Below, in pieces: positions 56,901 through 64,000 of a stretch of 64,000 nt of DNA; the stretch's first letter is position 1, and each line of letters starts with the position of its first letter. The notes under the pieces are model-generated. The model had not been told where the DNA came from, did no database searches, and saw only the letters and a program-made list of their open reading frames with translations. The stretch spans positions 2,666,001 through 2,730,000 of the forward strand of contig OZ024766.1 in assembly GCA_964016885.1 (NCBI GenBank). Direction: 5' to 3'. This DNA comes from Eledone cirrhosa (lineage: Eukaryota). A program made the position numbers and the translations under genes.

Positions 56901-59900
56901 AGCCATTTTAGAGTCATTTTAGTCATTTATGAAGACGTTTTAGCCATTTATGATGCCGTTTTAGCCATTTTAGAGTCAATTGAGCCATTTATGATGCCGT
57001 TTTAGCCATTTTAGTCACTTATGATGCTGTTTTAGCCATTTTACACATTTATGACGTCTTTGTAGCCATTTTAGAGTCATTTTAGTCATTTATGAAGACG
57101 TTTTAGCCATTTATGATGCCGTTTTAGCCATTTTAGAGTCATTTTAGTCATTTATGAAGACGTTTTAGCCATTTTAGAGTCAATTGAGCCATTTATGATG
57201 CCGTTTTAGCCATTTTAGAGTCATTTTACTCATTTATTATGCCGTTTTAGCCATTTTAGAGTCATTTTAGTCATTTATGACGTCTTTGTAGTGATTTTAG
57301 AGTCATTTTAGTCATTTATGGTGACGTTTTAGCCATTTTACTCATTTATGATGCCTTTGTAGCTATTTTAGAGTCATTTTAGTCATTTATGATGCTGTTT
57401 TAGCCATTTTACTCATTTATGACGTCTTTGTAGCCATTTTAGAGTCATTTTAGTCATTTATGAAGACGTTTTAGCCATTTATGATGCCGTTTTAGCCATT
57501 TTAGAGTCAATTGAGCCATTTATGATGCCGTTTTAGCCATTTTAGAGTCATTTTACTCATTTATTATGACGTTTTAGCCCTTTTAGTCATTTATGACGTC
57601 TTTGTAGCCATTTATGATGCCGTTTTAGCACTTTCAGACATTTATGGTGACGTTTTAGTCATTTATGATGACGTTTTAGCCATTTTACTCATTTATGATG
57701 CCTTTGTAGCTATTTTAGAGTCATTTTAGTCACTTATGATGCTGTTTTAGCCATTTTACTCATTTATGACGTCTTTGTAGCCATTTTAGAGTCATTTTAG
57801 TCATTTATGAAGACGTTTTAGCCATTTTAGCCATTTATGATGCCGTTTTAGCCATTTTAGAGTCAATTGAGCCATTTATGATGCCGTTTTAGCCATTTTA
57901 GTCATGTATGGTGACGTTTTAGTCATTTATGATGATGTTTTAACCATTTTACTCATTTATGATGCCTTTTAAGCCATTTTAGAGTAATTTTAGTCAATTA
58001 TGATGCCGTTGTAGCCATTTTATTCATTTATGATGCCTTTGTAGCTATTTTAGCGTCATTTTAGTCATTTATGATGCCGTTTTAGATATTTTAGTCATTT
58101 ATGATGAGGTTTTAGCCATTTTACTCATTTATGATGCCGTTTTAGCCATTTTAGAGTCAATTGAGCCATCTATGATGCCGTTTTAGCCACTTTAGAGTCT
58201 ATTTACTCATTTATTATGTCGTTTTAGCCATTTTAGAGTCATTTTAGTCATTTATGATGCTGTTTTAGCCATTTTACTCATTTATCACGTCTTTGTAGCC
58301 ATTTTAGAGTCATTTTAGTCAGTTATGGATGACGTTATAGTCATTTATGATGACGTTTTAGACATTTTACTCATTTATGACGTCTTTGTAGCCATTTTAG
58401 ACTCATTTTAGTCATTTATGATGCTGTTTTAGCCATTTTACTCATTTATGACGTCTTTGTAGCCAATTTAGAGTCATTTTAGTCAGTTATGATGACGCTT
58501 TAGTCATTTATGATTACGTTTTAGTCATTTTACTCATTTATAATGGTGTTTTAGCCATTAAACTCATTCATGATGCCTTTTTAGCCATTTTAGAGTCATT
58601 TTATACATTTATGATGCCGTTTTAGCCATTTAAGATGCCGTTTTAGCACTTTTAGTCACTTATGGTGACGTTTTAATCATTTTACTCATTTATGACGTCT
58701 TTGTAGCCATTTTAGAGTCATTTTAGTCATTTATGATGCTGTTTTAGCCATTTTATTCATTTATGACGTCTTTGTAGCCATTTTAGAGTCATTTTAGTCA
58801 TTTATGAAGACGTTTTAGCCATTTGAGCCATTTATGATGCCGTTTTAGCCATTTTAGAGTCAATTGAGCCATTTATGATGCCGTTTTAGCCATTTTAGAG
58901 TCATTTTACTCATTTATTATGCCGTTTTAGTCATTTATGATGCCGTTTTCACCATTTTAGTCATTTATGACGTCTTTGTAGTGATTTTAGAGTCATTTAC
59001 GATGCTGTTTTAGCCATTTCAGTCATTTATGATGACGTTTTAGCACTTTTAGTCCTTTATGGTGACGTTTTAGTCATTTATGATGACGTTTTAGCCATTT
59101 TACTCATTTATGATGCCTTTGTAGCTATTTTAGAGTCATTTTAGTCACTTATGATGCTGTTTTAGCCATTTTACTCTTTTATGACGTCTTTGTAGCCATT
59201 TTAGAGTCATTTTAGTCATTTATGATGCCGTTTGAGCCATTTTAGAGTCAATTGAGCCATTTATGATGCCGTGTTAGCCATTTTAGAGTCATTTTACTCA
59301 TTTATTATGCCGTTTTAGCCATTTTAGTCATTTATGAAGCCGCTTTCACCATCTTAGTCATTTATGATGTCTTTGTAGTGATTTTAGCCATTTATGATGC
59401 CGTTTTAGCCATTTTAGACTCAATTGAGCCATTTATGATGCCGTTTTAGCCATTTTACTCATTTATTATGCCGTTTTAGCTATTTTAGAGTCATTTTAGT
59501 CATTTATGATGCCATTTTCACCATTTTAGTCATTTATGACGTCTTTGTAGCCATTTTAGAGACATTTTAGTCATTTATGATGCTGTTTTAGCCATTTTAT
59601 TCATTTATGACGTCTTTGTAGCCATTTTAGAGTCATTTTAGTCATTTATGAAGAAGTTTTAGCCATGTATGATGCCGTTTTAGCCATTTTAGAGTCAATT
59701 GAGCCATTTATGATGCCGTTTTAGCCATTTTAGAGTCATTTTACTCATTTATGAGGCCGATTTCACCATTTTAGTCATTTATGACGTCTTTGTAGTGATT
59801 TTAGAGTCATTTACGATGCTGTTTTAGCCATTTCAGTCATTTATGATGACGTTAGAGCACTTTTAGTCATTTATGGTGACGTTTTAGTCATTTATGATGA

Positions 59901-62900
59901 CGTTTTAGCCATTTTACTCATTTATGATGCCTTTGTAGCTATTTTAGAGTCATTTTAGTCTCTTATGATGTTGTTTTAGCCATTTTACTCATTTATGACG
60001 TCTTTGTAGCCATTTTAGTCATTTATTAAGAAGTTTTAGCCATTTTAGCCATTTATGATGCCGTTTTAGCCATTTTATTCATTTATGACGTCTTTGTAGC
60101 CATTTTAGAGTCATTTTAGTCATTTATGAAGACGTTTTAGCCATTTGAGCCATTTATGATGCCGTTTTAGCCATTTTAGAGTCAATTGAGCCATTTATGA
60201 TGCCGTTTTAGCCATTTTAGTCATGTATGGTGACGTTTTAGTCACTTATGATGATGTTTTAACCATTTTACTCATTTATGATGCCTTTTAAGCCATTTTA
60301 GAGTAATTTTACTCATTTATTATGCCGTTTTAGCCATTTTAGTCATTTATGATGCCATTTTCACCATTTTATTCATTTCTGACGTCTTTGTAGCCATTTT
60401 AGAGTCATTTTAGTCATTTATGAAGACATTTTAGCCATTTATGATGCCGTTTTAGCCATTTTAGAGTCAATTGAGCCATTTATGATGCCGTTTTAGCCAT
60501 TTTACTCATTTATTATGCCGTTTTAGTCATTTATGATGCCGTTTTCACCATTTTAGTCATTTATGACGTCTTTGTAGTGATTTAGAGTCATTTACGATGC
60601 TGTTTTAGCCATTTCAGTTATTTATGATGACGTTTTAGCACTTTTAGTCCTTTATGGTGACGTTTTAGTCATTTATGATGACGTTTTAGCCATTTTACTC
60701 ATTTATGATGCCTTTGTAGCTATTTTAGAGTCATTTTAGTCACTTATGATGCTGTTTTAGCCATTTTACTCTTTTATGACGTCTTTGTAGCCATTTTAGA
60801 GTCATTTTAGTCATTTATGAAGCCGCTTTCACCATCTTAGTCATTTATGATGTCTTTGTAGTGATTTTAGAGTCATTTTAGTCATTTATGATGCTGTTTT
60901 ATCCATTTTAGTCATTTATGAAGACGTTTTAGCCATTTTAGCCATTTATGATGCCGTTTTAGCCATTTTAGAATCATTTTACTCATTTATTATGCCGTTT
61001 TAGCCATTTTAGTCATTTATGATGCCATTTTCACCATTTTAGTCATTTATGACGTCTTTGTAGCCATTTTAGTCATTTATGATGCTGTTTTAGCCATTTT
61101 ATTCATTTATGACGTCTTTGTAGCCATTTATGAAGACGTTTTAGCCATTTTAGAGTCAATTGAGCCATTTATGATGCCGTTTTAGCCATTTTAGAGTCAA
61201 TTGAGCCATTTATGATGCCGTTTTAGCCATTTTAGAGTCATTTTACTCATTTATTATGACGTTTTAGCCCTTTTAGTCATTTATGACGTCTTTGTAGCCA
61301 TTTATGATGCCGTTTTAGCACTTTCAGACATTTATGGTGACGCTTTAGTCATTTATGATGACATTTTAGCCATTTTACTCATTTATGATGCCTTTGTAGC
61401 TATTTTAGAGTCATTTTAGTCACTTATGATGCTGTTTTAGACATTTTACTCATTTATGACGTCTTTGTAGCCATTTTAGAGTCATTTTAGTCATTTATGA
61501 AGATGTTTTAGCCATTTTAGCCATTTATGATGCCGTTTTAGCCATTTTAGAGTCAATTGAGCCATTTATGATGCCGTTTTAGCCATTTTAGAGTCATTTT
61601 AGTCATTTATGATGCTGTTTTAGCCATTTTACTCATTTATCACGTCTTTGTAGCCATTTTAGAGTCATTTTAGTCAGTTATGATGACGTTATAGTCATTT
61701 ATGATGACGTTTTAGACATTTTACTCATTTATGACGTCTTTGTAGCCATTTTAGACTCATTTTAGTCATTTATGAAGATGTTTTAGCCATTTTACTCATT
61801 TATCACGTCTTTGTAGCCATTTTAGTCAGTTATGATGACGTTATAGTCATTTATGATGACGTGTTAGACATTTTACTCATTTATGAGGTCTTTGTAGCCA
61901 TTTTAGAGTCATTTTAGTCATTTATGATGCTGTTTTAGCCATTTTACTCATTTATGACGTCTTTGTAGCCAATTTAGAGTCATTTTAGTCAGTTATGATG
62001 ACGCTTTAGTCATTTATGATTACGTTTTAGTCATTTTACTCATTTATAATGGTGTTTTAGCCATTAAACTAATTCATGATGCCTTTTTAGCCATTTAAGA
62101 TGCCGTTTTAGCACTTTTAGTCACTTATGGTGACGTTTTAATCATTTAAAAATGGTTAAAAGATCATCATAAATGACTAAAACGTCTCCATAAATGACTA
62201 AAATGGCTAAAACGGCATCATAAATGGTAAATTGACTCTAAAATGGCTAAAACGCCATTATAGATGAGTAAAATGACTAAAACGTCATCATAACTGACTT
62301 AAATGGCTAAAGCAGCATCATAAGTGACTAAAATGACTCTAAAATAGCTACAAAGGAATCATGAATGAGGAAAATGGCTAAAACATCATCATAAATGACT
62401 AAAATGGCTAAAACGGCATCATAAATGACGAAAATGACTCTAAAATGGCTACAAAGACGTCATAAATGAGTAAAATGGCTAAAACGTCATCATAAATGAC
62501 TATAACGTCATCATAACTGACTAAAATGACTTTAAAATGGCTACAAAGACGTCATAGATTAGTAAAATGGCTAAAACGTCATCATAAATGACTATAACGT
62601 CTTCAGAAATGACTAAAACGTCATCATAAATGACTAAAATGGTGAAAACGGCATCTAAAATGGCTAAAACGGTATAATAAATGAGTAAAATGGCTAATAC
62701 CTCATCATAAATGACGAAAATATCTAAAACGGCATCATAAATGACTAAAATGACGCTAAAATAGCTACAAAGGCATCATAAATGAATAAAATGGCTAAAA
62801 CGGCATCATAAATGACTAAAATTACTCTAAAATGGCTTAAAAGGCATCATAAATGAGTAAAATGGTTAAAACATCATCATAAATGACTAAAACTTCACCA

Positions 62901-64000
62901 TACATGACTAAAATGGCTAAAACGTCTTCATAAATGACTGAAACGACTCTAAAATGGCTACAAAGACGTCATAAATGAGTAAAATGGCTAAAACAGCATC
63001 GTAAGTGACTAAAATGACTCTAAAATAGCTACAAAGGCATCATAAATGAGTAAAATGGCTAAAACGTCATCATAAATGACTAAAACGTCACCATAAATGA
63101 CTAAAAGTGCTAAAACGGCATCATAAATGGCTAAAATGTCATCATAAATGACTAAAAGGGCTAAAACGTCATCATAAATGACTAAAATGGCTAAAACAGC
63201 ATCATAAATGACTCTAAAATGGCTACAAAGACGTCATAAATGAGTAAAATGGCTAAAACAGCATCATAAGTGACTAAAATAGCTACAAAGGCATCATAAA
63301 TGAGTAAAATGGCTAACACGTCATCATAAATGACTAAAACGTCACCATAAATGACTAAAAGTGCTAAAACCGCATCATAAATGGCTAAAATCTCATCATA
63401 AATGACTAAAAGGGCTAAAACGTCATCATAAATGACTAAAATGGCTAAAACAGCATCATAAATGACTAAAATGACTCTAAAATGGCTACAAAGACGTCAT
63501 AAATGACTAAAATGGTGAAAATGGCATCATAAATGACTACAATGGCTAAAACGCCATAATAAATGAGTAAAATGACTGTAAAATGGCTAAAATGGCATCA
63601 TAAATGGCTCAATTGACTCTAAAATGGCTAAAACGGCATCATAAATGGCTAAAATGACTAAAACTTCTTAATAAATGACTAAAATGACTCTAAAATGGCT
63701 ACAAAGACGTCATAAATGAGTAAAATGGCTAAATCAACCTCGTAAGTGACTAAAATGACTCTAAAATAGCTACAAAGGCATCATAAATGAGTAAAATGGC
63801 TAAAACGTCATCATAAATGACTAAAACGTCACCATAAATGACTAAAAGTGCTAAAACGTCATCATAAATGACTGAAATGGCTAAAACAGCATCGTAAATG
63901 ACTCTAAAATCACTACAAAGACGTCATAAATGACTAAAATGGTGAAAACGGCATCATAAATGAGTAAAAATGACTCTAAAATGGCTAAAACGGCATCATA
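44975..64000. repeat. ~19-kb complex satellite array of short related subunits
   Basis: Built from CATTTTAGC, CATTTTAGT, CATTTTAGAGT and CATTTATGATGCCGTTTTAGC modules; orientation reversed at about 45295-45760 and from about 62147 to the window end. Confidence 0.97.

Noticed and set aside
44975-64000. Telomeric repeat
   Set aside because: Modules contain TTTTAG but no (TTAGGG)n runs.

Overview
Eukaryotic, extremely microsatellite- and TE-rich genomic DNA. The SINE families, the C2H2 gene style and the (TA)n/(GGT)n load point to an octopus-type cephalopod (inference). Genes supported by splice-aware reading: (1) the last three coding exons of a cation-type nicotinic acetylcholine receptor alpha subunit (5216-5322, 8852-9387, 11460-12220, +); (2) a small two-exon gene absent from the ORF track, encoding a secreted, anionic 8-cysteine peptide with oyster/mussel CS-alpha-beta defensin spacing (22073-22154 + 25057-25259, +), which is the most interesting feature; (3) two tandemly duplicated 15-finger C2H2 zinc-finger genes (30993-32276, 42307-43602), the second with a decayed finger tail. 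Repeats include tRNA-derived SINEs, a bipartite RTE-derived element, a Tx1/L1 3' fragment, a Penelope-like fragment with a minimal hammerhead motif, several fold-back elements, a piggyBac-type element carrying a 72-bp satellite, SINE-seeded 48-bp minisatellites, and a ~19-kb complex satellite with higher-order structure and strand switches (44975-64000). Nearly all other listed ORFs are artefacts of simple repeats.
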